A stretch of 64,000 bases of DNA from Marsupella aquatica (taxonomy: Eukaryota; Plantae; Marchantiophyta), in contig OZ316895.1 in NCBI GenBank assembly GCA_973895155.1, positions 14,636,716-14,700,715 on the forward strand, written 5' to 3'. The position numbers and the translations under genes are program-made. This document shows positions 63,306-64,000 of this stretch, piece by piece. A model generated the notes under the pieces. That model was not told where the DNA came from. It worked only from the letters and a program-made list of their open reading frames with translations, and searched no databases. Each line of letters begins with the position of its first letter. The first letter of the stretch is position 1.

Positions 63306-64000
63306 CCATCCGGAGCAGGAGTCCATGTAACTGGTACGCTCAAGATTGGGGCTATTGGCTGTCCATTGTGCTGCCCAAGGTCTTCAAACTTGCGCAATGC
63401 AGCCACCAAAGGTCCATGGGCTGCTTGGAGTCGTTGTACCACCTCTGGTTGATGATCCACATTGCTGGAAAGTGCTGCTATATGTGCAGCGGCATGTGCA
63501 ACAGCCACCTCATCATCATCCTCCTCAATCCAATCCTGCAATGGGTGATTGACATAGGTAGCTGTGTGCACTACTTTCAACACACAGTGGTGAGCCATAG
63601 GTGTATGGGCACCATGCAAATCAAGTGGAATGTAGCCCAAGTGTGAGCCATCCGTATGCCAATCAACTCTGTAGTATGCATGCTCATGCCAGTTGTCAAT
63701 GGTAAAACCTGGTGGGAACAAAGCCTCCTGGCCAATGAGCACATCATACGTAGTGGCATTGGTAACCAAACATTTGACTGGGAAATGCAGTTCCTGATCT
63801 ATACCTCCATTAAAAGTGAGAGTGAGTAAAGTAGAACTCTCACCCAACACGTCCTCCACGGTGCCACTAGCAGTCCGAATGTGCCACCTGGATTGCTGTA
63901 AATGATGAGTCAGCAGTCCCATCTTCTTGGCAAACTGAATGCCCAAGATTACTGGTTGAGCGCCTGTGTCTAGCATGACCACCTGAGGAGTGTGACCCTC

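Larger units (their letters stand above)
58270..64000 (-). mobile_element. Retrotransposon copy 2 (Ty3/Gypsy-like pol order) with DNMT and PHD domains and a B1-A2-B2 3' terminus; 5' part lies outside the window
   Basis: pol motifs, PPT and terminal repeats listed separately. Confidence 0.95.
59034..64000 (-). pseudogene. pol: pol polyprotein PR-DNMT-RT-RNaseH-IN-PHD, disrupted by in-frame stops at 63248, 61143, 60681 and a frameshift near 62450
   Basis: PR LDTGA; RT RMCGDYRPLN, DLRQGF, MPFGLKNAP, YIDD; RH LHTDWS, YEGECLA, TDHQPL; IN HYELGH..CEQC, WSCDL, TDQG, AERMV; PHD C4HC3. ORF pieces are in frame across the stops. Confidence 0.95.

Noticed and set aside
58270-64000. DIRS/Ngaro tyrosine-recombinase element, suggested by split repeats and a methyltransferase
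   Set aside because: It has an aspartic protease and an HHCC+DDE integrase in Gypsy order, and the MTase is C5-type rather than DAM-like. No recombinase is visible, though the 5' part is outside the window.

Overview
Eukaryotic, intron-containing land-plant DNA; a bryophyte or liverwort is plausible, but that is inference. Host genes: an SPH/S1-like secreted protein (6959-7492 +), two paralogous acidic repeat genes in a ~3 kb segmental duplication (one is a poly-SIM protein), a divergent 2-exon MBD protein, an intronless PduO/MMAB-type cobalamin adenosyltransferase, a 6-exon 14-3-3, a 3-exon NDUFA13 (B16.6) and a 5-exon Rad60/Esc2-type SUMO-like-domain protein. Intergenic DNA holds six copies of an 8-bp-TSD MITE family (some nested), a LINE remnant and many short tandem duplications. 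The highlight is 55562-64000: two nested, oppositely oriented copies of one Ty3/Gypsy-like retrotransposon family. Its Pol reads protease - DNMT3-like C5 methyltransferase - RT - RNase H - DDE integrase - PHD finger. Its ends are split direct repeats (A ... PPT-B-A-B) rather than ordinary LTRs, with a Tf1-like self-priming site and an abutted CA-GT-TG junction inside the replicative LTR. All calls are by eye; no searches were run.
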